Part shown: positions 28,399 to 40,012 of the stretch, piece after piece | Numbering within the stretch: position 1 is the first letter of the stretch | Layout: each line of letters opens with the position of its first letter | Assembly: GCA_049455235.1 (NCBI GenBank) | Contig: JBMTZD010000002.1 | Location: 1,818 to 65,817, forward strand | DNA length: 64,000 nucleotides | Source: Steroidobacteraceae bacterium | GTDB taxonomy: Bacteria; Pseudomonadota; Gammaproteobacteria; Steroidobacterales; Steroidobacteraceae | Direction: 5' to 3' | Position numbers and translations under genes: made by a program | The notes under the pieces: generated by a model | What the model was told of the DNA's origin: nothing | What the model saw: the letters and a program-made list of their open reading frames with translations, nothing else | Databases searched by the model: none

Positions 28399-29767
28399 GA
28401 CGAGCCTCCCCGAGCGCGTTGAGCAACTTACCGTGCAAGCCGCCGAAACCACCGTTGGACATGATCAGCGCGTGATCCCCAGGGCGCAAGCGCTGCGCCA
28501 GTTGGCGCGCCAGCTGATCGACATCGTCGCAGTGGTAGCCGCGCCCGCCAAGACCCGCAAGCACGGGCGACGGATCCCAGCCGAGCGCCGGTGGCGTGTG
28601 CAACCAAACCTCATCGGCGGCAGCCAACGAGGGCACGAGGGCGTCCCGATGTACGCCCATACGCATCGTGTTCGAGCGCGGCTCGAGTATCGCCACGATT
28701 CGCTCGGAGCCCACACGCGCTCTTAGACCTTCCACCGTTGTCGTGATCGCGGTCGGATGATGCGCGAAATCGTCGTAGACGCGTACCCCGTTCACCTCAC
28801 CGCGCAATTCCATCCGTCGCTTGATGCCGCGAAATTCTTTGAGCGCCGCGCAAGACACCTCAGGTGGCACACCGGCATGACGCGCAGCCGCAATCGCGGC
28901 GAGTGCATTATCGACGTTGTGGCCGCCCATCAAAGGCCACGCGATCTCACCCGCCAGCGTATCGCCGCAATAGACCTCGAAGGCGGAACCGTCAGCTGAT
29001 AACTGACGCGCTTTCCAAAACGCGCCGTTAGAGCCGATGCGAGAGAACGACTCGCGTGATGTCCAGCAGCCCATCTGCAGCGTTTCGAGCAAATGAGGTT
29101 CGCTCGCGTGATGCACGATCAAACCAGACCCCGGTACCGTGCGAACGAGATGATGGAACTGCTTCTGGATCGCCGCGACATCGGGATAGATATCGGCATG
29201 ATCGTACTCGAGGTTGTTCAGGATCAGCGTACGCGGTCGGTAGTGAACGAACTTCGCACGTTTGTCGAAAAACGCGGTGTCATACTCATCCGCTTCGATC
29301 ACAAAAAACGGTCGCTCGCCTAATCGGGCACTGACGCCGAAATCCTCTGGCACGCCACCAATCAGGAAACCGGGTGATAGCCCAGCAAATTCCAAAATCC
29401 AGGCGAGCATGCTGCTTGTGGTGGTTTTACCGTGCGTGCCCGCGACAGCAAGCACCCAACGCTCCCGCAAGACTTCACGCGCAAGCCACTCGGGGCCTGA
29501 GACGAAAGGGATATCGCGCTCTAACAAAGATTCGATAACCGGATGCCCGCGACTCATGACATTGCCGACCACCACTACATCCGGCTGCGAATCCAATTGC
29601 TCAGGATCAAAACCTTCGACAACCTCGATACCGAGCGAGGCCAGCTGCGTACTCATCGGCGGATAAACGTTGCGATCAGAGCCGGTGACTCGGTGTCCTG
29701 CCGCTTTGGCGATCGCCGCGATGCCACCCATGAAGGTGCCGCAGATACCGAGAATATGCAGATGCAT
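28382..29767 (-). CDS. mpl: UDP-N-acetylmuramate:L-alanyl-gamma-D-glutamyl-meso-DAP ligase
   Basis: MHLHILGICGTFMGGIAAIA and GTHGKTTT (Mur ligase P-loop). The ATG at 29767 is preferred over the TTG at 29770. Confidence 0.9.
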   Translation of the reverse strand: MHLHILGICGTFMGGIAAIAKAAGHRVTGSDRNVYPPMSTQLASLGIEVVEGFDPEQLDSQPDVVVVGNVMSRGHPVIESLLERDIPFVSGPEWLAREVLRERWVLAVAGTHGKTTTSSMLAWILEFAGLSPGFLIGGVPEDFGVSARLGERPFFVIEADEYDTAFFDKRAKFVHYRPRTLILNNLEYDHADIYPDVAAIQKQFHHLVRTVPGSGLIVHHASEPHLLETLQMGCWTSRESFSRIGSNGAFWKARQLSADGSAFEVYCGDTLAGEIAWPLMGGHNVDNALAAIAAARHAGVPPEVSCAALKEFRGIKRRMELRGEVNGVRVYDDFAHHPTAITTTVEGLRARVGSERIVAILEPRSNTMRMGVHRDALVPSLAAADEVWLHTPPALGWDPSPVLAGLGGRGYHCDDVDQLARQLAQRLRPGDHALIMSNGGFGGLHGKLLNALGEARHDTQG

Positions 29768-30300
29768 CAACCTGCCGCCGGTGCGTTAGCACCTAGACCA
29801 AGGCTCACGAGCACAAAGAAAGTGAACAGCTCACCAGCCATGAAGAGCATCACGCACTGAAACATCGAGCGCTCGGTCGCAGCACGTAAAATTCGCGCGT
29901 TGACGTAGATCAAAAAAATACTGAGCGCAAACGCGATGAGCGCAAGCGGCGTCATCGCAACGGGCTGACCAACCTCAGGCCGAATCGTCGACACCAACGG
30001 AATACTGATGGGTGCGAACAGACAAGCGACACCGAGTAATGCCGTTGCCGTTTGCACGAACCGCTCGGGCTTGCCCGAGAGCTGCAATACGAGGGCGACC
30101 CAGGCGAGCGTGATCAGCGTCGACAAGATCGCTTGCGGCACGATCGACTCGTCACCTGGAATCAACCAAGTGCCGAGCACCGCCTGCAGCGCAACGAGCA
30201 CTGCGAAACAGATCCCTAATAACGGCTTGGACGTCGGCAAGTCTTGTGGACCCGAACGCAATAACAAGATGTCAATGAAGATTTTGATGATGTCGGTCAT
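29767..30300 (-). CDS. hypothetical multi-pass membrane protein (Yip1-like topology)
   Basis: Start at the internal ATG (MTDIIKIFIDILLL). About five hydrophobic segments. Its stop overlaps the mpl start. Confidence 0.5.
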   Translation of the reverse strand: MTDIIKIFIDILLLRSGPQDLPTSKPLLGICFAVLVALQAVLGTWLIPGDESIVPQAILSTLITLAWVALVLQLSGKPERFVQTATALLGVACLFAPISIPLVSTIRPEVGQPVAMTPLALIAFALSIFLIYVNARILRAATERSMFQCVMLFMAGELFTFFVLVSLGLGANAPAAG

Positions 30301-30348
30301 TTTCCGAAATTCATTCCCCTGAGCGACGAATTCTTGCATAGTCCATCG

Positions 30349-31440
30349 ATGCCGTCGTCCACTGCCTTAATAGCCTCGCACTCTGCACTCGAGGATCTAC
30401 TAGCCGAACTGCAGGATGAGAGTGCCATAGGCATCGACACCGAGTTTCTGCGCGAGCGCACTTACAGGGCCGAACTCTGTCTCGTACAAATGACGACACG
30501 CCAAGAGCCTGTGTGTATCGACCCGATCACACTCGGCGACCTTGAGCCCCTGCGCAGCACCTTCAATCAGGGCGGACCGCTCAAGGTGCTGCATTCGGGC
30601 CGACAAGACCTCGAGGTGCTAACCCCCCTCGTCGGGCCTGTCGCACCCCTCTTCGACACCCAAATTGCCGCGTCATTAGCAGGGTTTCCTGCGCAAGTCG
30701 GTTATGCCGAATTGGTACGACGCTTACTCGGCACCGAGCTACCGAAAGGTCAAACGCGCACCGATTGGTCGCGCCGCCCGCTCTCACCCGAGCAGGTCGA
30801 ATACGCCAGAGACGATGTGCGCTACCTACTGCCTTTGCGTGAAGCGCTCTTGGCAGACATCGATCGCTTGGGACGCAGTGCATGGCTCGAGGAAGATCAA
30901 CTTGCGCTGCAGGATCCCTCGGTGCTGCAAATCGATCCTGATCGTGCGTGGCAAAGATTTAAAGGCGTGTCGGCTTGGGACGAAGGTCGCAAGGGCTTGC
31001 TACGCAGTCTCGCCGCCTGGCGCGAACGTTGCGCGATCGCGCGCAATCGTCCCCGCGGCTGGATCCTCGATGACGCCGTGCTGCGCGACATCGTCCAGAT
31101 CGTGCCGCGCTCCATGGATGATTTGGTGAGAATTCCGGCGATGCCCGAGGGCGTCGTCAAACACTCGGGCGAAGAGCTGTTAGCGATGATTCAGGCTGCG
31201 GGCATCGACCATCCGCCACCGCCGCTACCGAAGCGAGAGCGACCGGATCCCGCGTTCGTCGCCACGGTTAAAAGGCTCTCTGGCGTGACTCAAACGATCG
31301 CCAAAGAACTCGACATTGCGAGCGAAGTCTTGGCGACGCGCAAAGATTTAGAAGACCTCGCAGCCGGGCGCGATGCCGCGAGCGTGCTCGGCGGCTGGCG
31401 AGCCGACATATTGGCGGATCGACTTCGCGCAGCGATCTAG
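30349..31440 (+). CDS. rnd: ribonuclease D
   Basis: DEDDy exonuclease motifs IGIDTEF, HSGRQDLEVL and YARDDVRYL, plus an HRDC-like C-terminus. ATG 30349 is preferred over the TTG at 30334. Confidence 0.85.
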   Translation: MPSSTALIASHSALEDLLAELQDESAIGIDTEFLRERTYRAELCLVQMTTRQEPVCIDPITLGDLEPLRSTFNQGGPLKVLHSGRQDLEVLTPLVGPVAPLFDTQIAASLAGFPAQVGYAELVRRLLGTELPKGQTRTDWSRRPLSPEQVEYARDDVRYLLPLREALLADIDRLGRSAWLEEDQLALQDPSVLQIDPDRAWQRFKGVSAWDEGRKGLLRSLAAWRERCAIARNRPRGWILDDAVLRDIVQIVPRSMDDLVRIPAMPEGVVKHSGEELLAMIQAAGIDHPPPPLPKRERPDPAFVATVKRLSGVTQTIAKELDIASEVLATRKDLEDLAAGRDAASVLGGWRADILADRLRAAI

Positions 31441-31454
31441 ACTGACTTGCCGGC

Positions 31455-32105
31455 TTACTTGCCGAGCGCAGCCTCGACGCGGGCGGTAACAGTCGCGAGC
31501 GGTGCATCGGCGTCGATGCGACGCAGCTGACCCTTGCCCTCGTAGAAACCGACGAGCGGCGCCGTTTGGGCCTCGTACACCTCGAGTCGCTTAGCGACGG
31601 TCTCTTCCTTATCGTCCGGACGCTGCACGAGTTTCGGCGTTTCGCAACGACCACCGCACGGGGGCGGCGACGGCGGGGGCGCCGTGTGCACGTTAAAGAC
31701 GAGACCACAGGTCTCGCAAGTTCGACGACCCGAAATACGCTGTACCAGCAAGCCCGAGTCGACCTCGAAGAGCAGCACGGCATCGAGCGGCTGGCCAATC
31801 TCCGCCAGCATCTTCTCCAAGCCCTCAGCCTGCGGAATCGTGCGCGGAAAGCCATCGAGGATGTAGCCCCGAGCGGCGTCCGGCTGGGCTAGGCGCTCGC
31901 GCACCATCCCCAAGATCGTGGCATCGTCGACGAGTTGGCCCGAGTCCATCACGGCCTTGGCTCGACGGCCTAAATCCGTCCCCTCGCGAACGTGAGCCCG
32001 TAGTAGGTCCCCGGTGGAAATCTGCGGAATGCCGTGACGTTCGACCAGACGCTGTGCCTGGGTACCTTTGCCGGAGCCCGGCGCGCCAAGAAAAACGATA
32101 CGCAT
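31455..32105 (-). CDS. adk: adenylate kinase
   Basis: Start at the internal ATG: MRIVFLGAPGSGKGTQAQRL (P-loop). The lid carries CETCG...PPCGGRCE. Confidence 0.95.
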   Translation of the reverse strand: MRIVFLGAPGSGKGTQAQRLVERHGIPQISTGDLLRAHVREGTDLGRRAKAVMDSGQLVDDATILGMVRERLAQPDAARGYILDGFPRTIPQAEGLEKMLAEIGQPLDAVLLFEVDSGLLVQRISGRRTCETCGLVFNVHTAPPPSPPPCGGRCETPKLVQRPDDKEETVAKRLEVYEAQTAPLVGFYEGKGQLRRIDADAPLATVTARVEAALGK

Positions 32106-32167
32106 GATGGGCGGCACAGTACCCGGCCGGTTCCGACAGGTCAAACCGTCCGGTATGCTCGCAACCC

Positions 32168-33475
32168 ATGAAAAAGCCCGCCGCCAAGCCTGTACGCAGA
32201 AAAACCACCGCCACCAAAGCGCCACGCAACGCGTTCTACGCCCAATCGGGCGGCGTGACCGCCGTCATCAATGCGTCGGCGGCCGGGGTCATCGAAACGG
32301 CCCGCCGATACCCTAAACAGATCGGTAAGGTCTATGCGGGCCGACACGGCATCGTCGGGGCGCTGCACGAGGATCTCATCGATTGCTCGAAGGAGTCGGT
32401 GGCCACCATCCGCGGACTTCGTCACACGCCTTCGGGCGCCTTCGGCTCGGCCCGCTTCAAACTCAAGGGGCTCGATCAGAATCGCGCGGAGTACGAAAGA
32501 CTCATCGAGGTCTTCAAGGCGCACAACATCGGCTACTTCTTCTACAACGGCGGTAACGACTCGATGGACACCGCCCACAAAGTCGCCGAAATGGGCAAGG
32601 CCTTGGGTTATCCGATCACCTGCATCGGCGTGCCTAAGACGGTCGACAATGATCTGCCCTACACGGATTGCTGCCCAGGCTTCGGTTCGGTAGCCAAGTA
32701 CGTTGCCATCTCCACGCTCGAAGCGTCTTTCGACGTGGCGTCGATGGCCAAGACGTCGACCAAAGTATTCGTCATGGAAGTGATGGGTCGCCACGCCGGC
32801 TGGATCGCCGCGGCCGGTGGTCTCGCCGGCAAGGGGCGTGACGAACCGCCGCATATTATTTTGTTTCCAGAAATCCCGTTCAAACGCGACGCTTTCCTCA
32901 AGCGCGTCAAAGAATGCGTCGATCGCTGCGGCTACTGTGTGATAGTGGTCTCAGAGGGCACGGCCTACAAAGATGGCACCTTCCTAGCCGATGCCGGCAC
33001 CAAAGACGCTTTCGGCCACACGCAGTTAGGCGGTGTCGGCCCCGTGATCGCCAACATGGTGCGCGAGGCACACGGCTACAAATATCACTGGGCGGTTGCC
33101 GACTATCTGCAGCGCGCCGCACGTCACATCGCCTCGAAGGTCGATGTCGATCAGGCCTACGCCATGGGACAAGCCGCCGTGGAACTTGCAGTGCAAGGCC
33201 ATAACGCCGTCATGCCGATCGTCGTACGCAAATCGTCCAAGCCCTATCGCTGGACGGTCGGTAGCGTGCCGCTCGCAAAGGTAGCTAACGTCGAGAAAAA
33301 ATTGCCGCGCGACTTCATTACCGCCGACGGCTTCGGCATCACCGAGAAATGCCGTCGTTACCTGCTGCCGCTGATCGGCGGTGGCGACCCCCCGCCATAT
33401 AAGGATGGGCTCCCGGTCTACGTGAAGATCAAGGGCGTTGCGGTGAAGAAAAAACTCGCGCCGTTCAAGCGCTGA
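32168..33475 (+). CDS. pfp: 6-phosphofructokinase, pyrophosphate-dependent type
   Basis: PFK fold with GGNDS (Asp where ATP-PFKs have the fourth Gly of GGDGS) and VPKTVDND (Lys where ATP-PFKs have Gly). Both are the classical PPi-specificity determinants. Confidence 0.8.
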   Translation: MKKPAAKPVRRKTTATKAPRNAFYAQSGGVTAVINASAAGVIETARRYPKQIGKVYAGRHGIVGALHEDLIDCSKESVATIRGLRHTPSGAFGSARFKLKGLDQNRAEYERLIEVFKAHNIGYFFYNGGNDSMDTAHKVAEMGKALGYPITCIGVPKTVDNDLPYTDCCPGFGSVAKYVAISTLEASFDVASMAKTSTKVFVMEVMGRHAGWIAAAGGLAGKGRDEPPHIILFPEIPFKRDAFLKRVKECVDRCGYCVIVVSEGTAYKDGTFLADAGTKDAFGHTQLGGVGPVIANMVREAHGYKYHWAVADYLQRAARHIASKVDVDQAYAMGQAAVELAVQGHNAVMPIVVRKSSKPYRWTVGSVPLAKVANVEKKLPRDFITADGFGITEKCRRYLLPLIGGGDPPPYKDGLPVYVKIKGVAVKKKLAPFKR

Positions 33476-33515
33476 AAACGGCCCCGCTGTGCGGGGCACT
33501 CCCGAAGCCGATACG

Positions 33516-33548
33516 AGGCGCTGTGCTATATTGCAGCGCCTTTTTTTC
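33516..33548 (+). terminator. rho-independent terminator after pfp
   Basis: aggcgctg (33516-23), 10-nt loop, cagcgcct (33534-41), followed by a T-run at 33541-33547. Confidence 0.6.
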
Positions 33549-33577
33549 GCTGATCTGCTTTAGGGGGAATAACTAGA

Positions 33578-35617
<2,040 letters not shown>

Positions 35618-35645
35618 GTCAGAGACGACTTTCGCGATCTGCGAA

Positions 35646-35672
35646 CCCCGCCCTCGTGGCGGGGTTTTTTTT
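35646..35672 (+). terminator. rho-independent terminator after hppA
   Basis: ccccgcc (35646-52), ctcgt loop, ggcgggg (35658-64), followed by T8 (35665-72). Confidence 0.8.
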
Positions 35673-36123
35673 AGAAGATCTTGCCCGGCTCGCCGATGCG
35701 ACTGCGATATGCGCCGGGCGGCTCCTTCGGGTCATCACTACTGCGATCCGGAATTTTTGGTTGATTCGGATCGGGCACGAGTAACCGCCAGGCCTCCGTG
35801 GGACGCGTCGCCGCCCAAAACAATCCGCCCAATCCTTGGGGTACCGCCTTGCGCTCGGGGATGTCGGGCTCTTTCTTTCGCGAACGAACGATCACCTCGT
35901 CGATATCGGCCGGCAACGGTTCGGCCCACTCGGCCCGCGGCAAGAAAGTTCGAATATCCCCCACCCGCAAATCCAACTGGGGCGCGTCTGGAGCCCTCGA
36001 GGGGCGCAATGGGGAGGTGTCGGCCGCGGCGGCGGGTGCGCAGATCGAAAGCACGACCGCGACGGGCAGCGCAAGGCTTGCATATTGACTCGACCGGGCT
36101 ACATTGACCGCCTTGTGTTTCAT
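35671..36123 (-). CDS. hypothetical exported protein (uncertain gene)
   Basis: The internal ATG gives MKHKAVNVARSSQYASLALPVAVVLSICAPAAAA (signal-like). No domain recognised. Competes with spurious plus-strand ORFs in a GC-rich region. Confidence 0.4.
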   Translation of the reverse strand: MKHKAVNVARSSQYASLALPVAVVLSICAPAAAADTSPLRPSRAPDAPQLDLRVGDIRTFLPRAEWAEPLPADIDEVIVRSRKKEPDIPERKAVPQGLGGLFWAATRPTEAWRLLVPDPNQPKIPDRSSDDPKEPPGAYRSRIGEPGKIF

Positions 36124-36138
36124 ACCGGAGCCGCTCCC

Positions 36139-38907
36139 TTGCGCCATCTCATTCCCCGCCTCGCTGGCGTCATCGCCGCGCTGAGCCTGACCCTCCTCGC
36201 CCCGACCCTGACTGCGGCCACGGCGAAAGCCGCCAAGTTACCGCCACCGGAGAAAGTGACGTCCGTCGAGGGCATCACCGAGTATCGCTTGGCGAACGGC
36301 ATGAAGGTACTGCTCTTCCCAGATCCTTCCAAGTCGACCATGACGGTCAATGTGACCTACCTCGTCGGCTCACGCCACGAAGGCTACGGCGAGAGCGGTA
36401 TGGCGCATCTGCTCGAACATCTCGTGTTCAAGGGCACCCCGCGTTTCCCGAACATTCCGCAGGAGCTCACCGCACGCGGCGCGCGGCCGAACGGTACGAC
36501 TTGGTACGATCGCACCAACTACTTCGAAACCTTTGCAGCGACCGACGACAATCTGCGCTGGGCTCTCGATCTTGAGAGTGATCGCATGATCAACTCGTTC
36601 ATCGCCGAGAAAGATCTGCAGAGCGAATTCTCGGTCGTGCGCAACGAGTTCGAGCGTGGCGAGAACGACCCGTCACGCGTGCTTCTGCAGCGCGTGATGT
36701 CGACGGCTTATCTGTGGCACAACTACGGTAAGTCGACCATCGGCTCGCGCGAAGACATCGAGCGCGTGCCCATCGAAAACCTGCGCGAGTTCTACAAGAA
36801 GTATTACCAGCCCGACAACGCGGTGCTGACCATCGCGGGCAAGATCGACGAAGCCAAGACAATCGGCTGGGTCAACGAATTCTTTGGCAAGATCCCGCGC
36901 CCGACGCGTATTCTGCAGCCCACCTATACGGTCGAACCCGTGCAGGACGGCGAACGTCATGTCGTGCTGCGTCGCGTTGGTGAAGTGCAGGTGACTTCGG
37001 CGGGTTATCACATCCCCGCGGGTGCCCATGCCGACTTTGCGCCGGTGCAGATTCTGGCCGACGTATTGACCAACGAGCCCTCAGGCCGTCTTTACAAGGC
37101 ACTCGTCGAAACGGGCAAGGCCACGAGCGTTGGTGGACTCGCCTTCAGCCTCAAAGATCCAGGCTATGCCTATTTCACGGCCGAAGTATTGAAGGATAAG
37201 TCCGTCGATGACGCGACCAAGACCATGCTCAGCGTGCTCGACAACATGGCAGCGACTCCAGTTACCGAAGAAGAGGTCCAGCGCGCCAAAAATCGCTTCT
37301 TGAAAAGCTTTGAGCAAACCTACAACAACAGCGACCGCGTCGGTCTTGGCCTCTCTGAGTACATCGCCAAGGGCGACTGGCGCTTGTGGTTCCTCTCACG
37401 CGACCAAATGGAGAAGGTGACCGCTGCCGACGTGAATCGTGTCGCTGCGCTCTATTTGAAGCCGGCGAACCGAACGACGGGTCTCTTCGTACCGGAAGCC
37501 AACCCCGACCGCGCGATCATCCCGCCCTCACCCGATCCGGCTGAGTTACTCAAAGACTACAAGGGGAAGGCTGCTCTGAAGCAGGCGGAAGTGTTCGATC
37601 CGTCGCCCGCAAACATCGTCTCGCGCACGCGCAGCGAAACACTGCCGGGTGGCGCTGAGTACAGCTTCCTGACCAAGTCGACTCGAGGCGGTTCGGTCAA
37701 TGCGACGATCACACTGCGCGTTGGCAATCTCGGCGCGCTGTCGGGCAAGGCGACGATCTCTGAATTGACAGCTGCCATGCTGCGTCGTGGGACAACCACC
37801 CGCACGCTACAGCAGATCAATGACGAGCTCGATAAGCTCAAGACGTCGATCGGCATCGGTGGCGGCGGACAGAGCGTGACGATCAATATCACCTCGACGC
37901 GCGAGAATCTCGTGCCGGCGATGGAAATCGTAGCGGACATCCTGCGCTCTCCGTCGTTCCCGGAAGCGGAGTTCACCAAGCTGCGAGACGAGCTGCTCGC
38001 GGGTATCGATCAAGCGCGCTCGGATCCGCAATCGATTGCAGTGCGTGAAATCAATCGCGTCAGCTCACCCTATCCTGCCAACGATTTCCGTCACACCTTG
38101 GATTTCGATGGCGAGATCGCGGCACTGAAGGCGGTGACGGTCAAAGATCTGCGTGACTTCCATGCGCAGTTCTATGGTGCATCGAATGCCACGGCAGCCG
38201 TCGTGGGTGATTTCGACGAAACGACGGTACGCGCAGCGCTCGGCGCCATGCTTGCTGGCTGGCAAGCCAAAGTGCCATATCAGCGTGCCGAGTCGAAATT
38301 CTTTGAGATCGCTCCGAGCGCACGCAAGATCAACACGCCGGATAAAGCCAATGCCGTGATGATCGCAGGCTTGAACCTGGCTCTGCGTGATGACGAGGCG
38401 GACTACCCTGCTCTCGTGATGGCCAACTACATGCTGGGCGGCGGGTTCCTCAACTCCCGTCTGGCCGTTCGCATCCGGCAGAAAGAAGGCATCAGCTACG
38501 GGGTCTCCTCGTTCTTGTCGGCGGACTCGCTCGATAAGAACGGCGACTTCGGCACCTTCGCCATCTACAACCCGCAGAACTCGGCTCGGCTACTGGCCGC
38601 GTATCGCGAAGAGCTCGATAAGGTCCTTACCGAGGGCTTCTCGGAAGCCGAGCTCAAAGATGCGAAGAACGGCTGGCTGCAAGGGCGCAACGTGAGCCGC
38701 TCACAAGATCGCGAACTCGTCGGTCGTCTCTCGAGCTATCTCTTCCTCGATCGTACCCTCGAATGGGATGCCAATTTCGAGGGCAAGATCGCGGCGCTCA
38801 GCGCAGCCGACGTGAATGCCGCCGTCAAGCGCTGGATCAAGCCCGACCAGTTGACCATCATCGAAGCGGGTGATTTCGAAAAAGCGGCTAACGCAGGAGG
38901 CAAGTGA
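36139..38907 (+). CDS. secreted double-length M16 (pitrilysin/insulinase) family zinc peptidase
   Basis: HLLEH (HxxEH inverted zincin motif) in [17 protein letters not shown]. About 920 aa, roughly two M16 modules. No in-frame ATG precedes the signal peptide. TTG 36139 gives (M)[28 protein letters not shown]; GTG 36115 is an alternative start. Confidence 0.85.
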   Translation: MRHLIPRLAGVIAALSLTLLAPTLTAATAKAAKLPPPEKVTSVEGITEYRLANGMKVLLFPDPSKSTMTVNVTYLVGSRHEGYGESGMAHLLEHLVFKGTPRFPNIPQELTARGARPNGTTWYDRTNYFETFAATDDNLRWALDLESDRMINSFIAEKDLQSEFSVVRNEFERGENDPSRVLLQRVMSTAYLWHNYGKSTIGSREDIERVPIENLREFYKKYYQPDNAVLTIAGKIDEAKTIGWVNEFFGKIPRPTRILQPTYTVEPVQDGERHVVLRRVGEVQVTSAGYHIPAGAHADFAPVQILADVLTNEPSGRLYKALVETGKATSVGGLAFSLKDPGYAYFTAEVLKDKSVDDATKTMLSVLDNMAATPVTEEEVQRAKNRFLKSFEQTYNNSDRVGLGLSEYIAKGDWRLWFLSRDQMEKVTAADVNRVAALYLKPANRTTGLFVPEANPDRAIIPPSPDPAELLKDYKGKAALKQAEVFDPSPANIVSRTRSETLPGGAEYSFLTKSTRGGSVNATITLRVGNLGALSGKATISELTAAMLRRGTTTRTLQQINDELDKLKTSIGIGGGGQSVTINITSTRENLVPAMEIVADILRSPSFPEAEFTKLRDELLAGIDQARSDPQSIAVREINRVSSPYPANDFRHTLDFDGEIAALKAVTVKDLRDFHAQFYGASNATAAVVGDFDETTVRAALGAMLAGWQAKVPYQRAESKFFEIAPSARKINTPDKANAVMIAGLNLALRDDEADYPALVMANYMLGGGFLNSRLAVRIRQKEGISYGVSSFLSADSLDKNGDFGTFAIYNPQNSARLLAAYREELDKVLTEGFSEAELKDAKNGWLQGRNVSRSQDRELVGRLSSYLFLDRTLEWDANFEGKIAALSAADVNAAVKRWIKPDQLTIIEAGDFEKAANAGGK

Positions 38908-38909
38908 AC

Positions 38910-39164
38910 ATGGACAAAAAAAGTGCTCTGATCATTGCTGCGGTAGGTAGCATCGTCGCGCTCGGCGTGGCCGACGCGATGGGCCCTAAGGAAGGCTCCG
39001 AGAAGTGCTACGGCATGGTGAAGGCCGGCAAGAACGACTGCGCCGCCAACGGTCACGGCTGTGCGGGCCAGGCAAAAGTCGACTCCGACCCCAATGAGTG
39101 GATCGTGGTTCCGCAGGGCGTCTGCGACAAGATCGTGGGCGGTCGGACCACGCCGGGCGGTTGA
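38910..39164 (+). CDS. bufA: DUF2282-family precursor peptide (bufferin-type RiPP precursor, BufA-like)
   Basis: 84 aa. AGGAGG lies 9 nt upstream of ATG 38910. Sec signal [18 protein letters not shown]. Core [24 protein letters not shown]...[15 protein letters not shown] with four Cys spaced C-x10-C-x6-C-x20-C, the DUF2282 signature as I recall it. Confidence 0.8.
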   Translation: MDKKSALIIAAVGSIVALGVADAMGPKEGSEKCYGMVKAGKNDCAANGHGCAGQAKVDSDPNEWIVVPQGVCDKIVGGRTTPGG

Positions 39165-40012
39165 ACCCGCGAGCTTGGCTAGCCGGCTCGGCACCTCGCC
39201 GAGCCGGCATCGGCCTGCGTGCTCCCCATCACAGCGATTGGATCACGCAGCGCCCTGAAGTCGGCTGGTTCGAAATCCACGCCGAAAATTATTTCGCCGA
39301 AGGCGGGCTTCTTCCCGACATTCTCGATACGCTGCGGCGCGATTTGCCGCTCTCGATACATGGCGTGGGACTCGGTCTCGCGGGCGGTGATCCGCTCGAC
39401 GAGGAGCACCTGAGACAACTCGTCTCTCTCAAAGAACGCTATCAACCAGCCGTGATCTCCGAGCATCTTTGCTGGGGCGCGGCGAGCGGAGTGCATTACA
39501 ACGACTTGCTACCCTTCCCCTTTACATCGGCAACGCTCGAACACGCTGCCGCACGCATCCACCACCTGCAAGAACGCTTACAGCGCCCGATACTGCTCGA
39601 GCATCTAGCAAGTTACGTGCAGTTCGATGAATCGAGTCTGGCAGAAACGGAATTTTTGACGGAGCTTGTGAATCGTACCGAATGCGGTTTGGTGCTCGAT
39701 CTCAACAATCTCGTAGTCAATGCAGACAATCATGGAGTCGATCCGCAGCTCTTTGTGTCGCGTTTGCCGCCCGCCGCTATCGGGGAGATTCATCTTGCGG
39801 GGCATGGGCACTATCGTTACGGCGAACGCACGATGTGCATCGATACCCACGATCGATCGGTGTCTGATCGCGTGTGGGATTTGTATCGCTACACACTTCG
39901 GCAACTTGGCGCGAAACCGACCTTGATCGAGTGGGACACCGAACTACCGACGCTCGCCGAACTCGCTGCTGAGGCACATAAGGCCGACCACTGCATTACG
40001 GAGATCGCATGA
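39161..40012 (+). CDS. bufB: DUF692-family multinuclear non-heme iron oxidase (MNIO; MbnB/BufB-like)
   Basis: GIGLRAPHH...[10 protein letters not shown]...[10 protein letters not shown]...ISEHLCW...LLEHLASYV...EIHLAGH are DUF692 TIM-barrel motifs. No ATG lies between 39098 and the conserved GIGLR. TTG 39161 overlaps the bufA stop (TTGA). Confidence 0.85.
   Translation: MNPRAWLAGSAPRRAGIGLRAPHHSDWITQRPEVGWFEIHAENYFAEGGLLPDILDTLRRDLPLSIHGVGLGLAGGDPLDEEHLRQLVSLKERYQPAVISEHLCWGAASGVHYNDLLPFPFTSATLEHAAARIHHLQERLQRPILLEHLASYVQFDESSLAETEFLTELVNRTECGLVLDLNNLVVNADNHGVDPQLFVSRLPPAAIGEIHLAGHGHYRYGERTMCIDTHDRSVSDRVWDLYRYTLRQLGAKPTLIEWDTELPTLAELAAEAHKADHCITEIA

Noticed and set aside
33481-33497. GC-rich hairpin gccccgc-tgt-gcggggc just after the pfp stop, as a terminator.
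   Set aside because: No U-tract follows it. The second hairpin at 33516-33548, which has a T7 run, is the better terminator. The first may simply stabilise the 3' end.
35836-36138. N-terminal 100-aa extension of the M16 peptidase ORF starting at ATG 35836. Analogous 5' extensions: 11038-11235 (patatin), 22498-22719 (metK), 22605-22733 (tkt), 19544-19606 (pgk), 32106-32225 (adk), 49887-49982 (glnE), 52100-52264 (amine oxidase).
   Set aside because: The extensions are Arg/Gly-rich, overlap neighbouring genes, and precede the point where the conserved N-termini or signal peptides begin. Internal starts give canonical N-termini.
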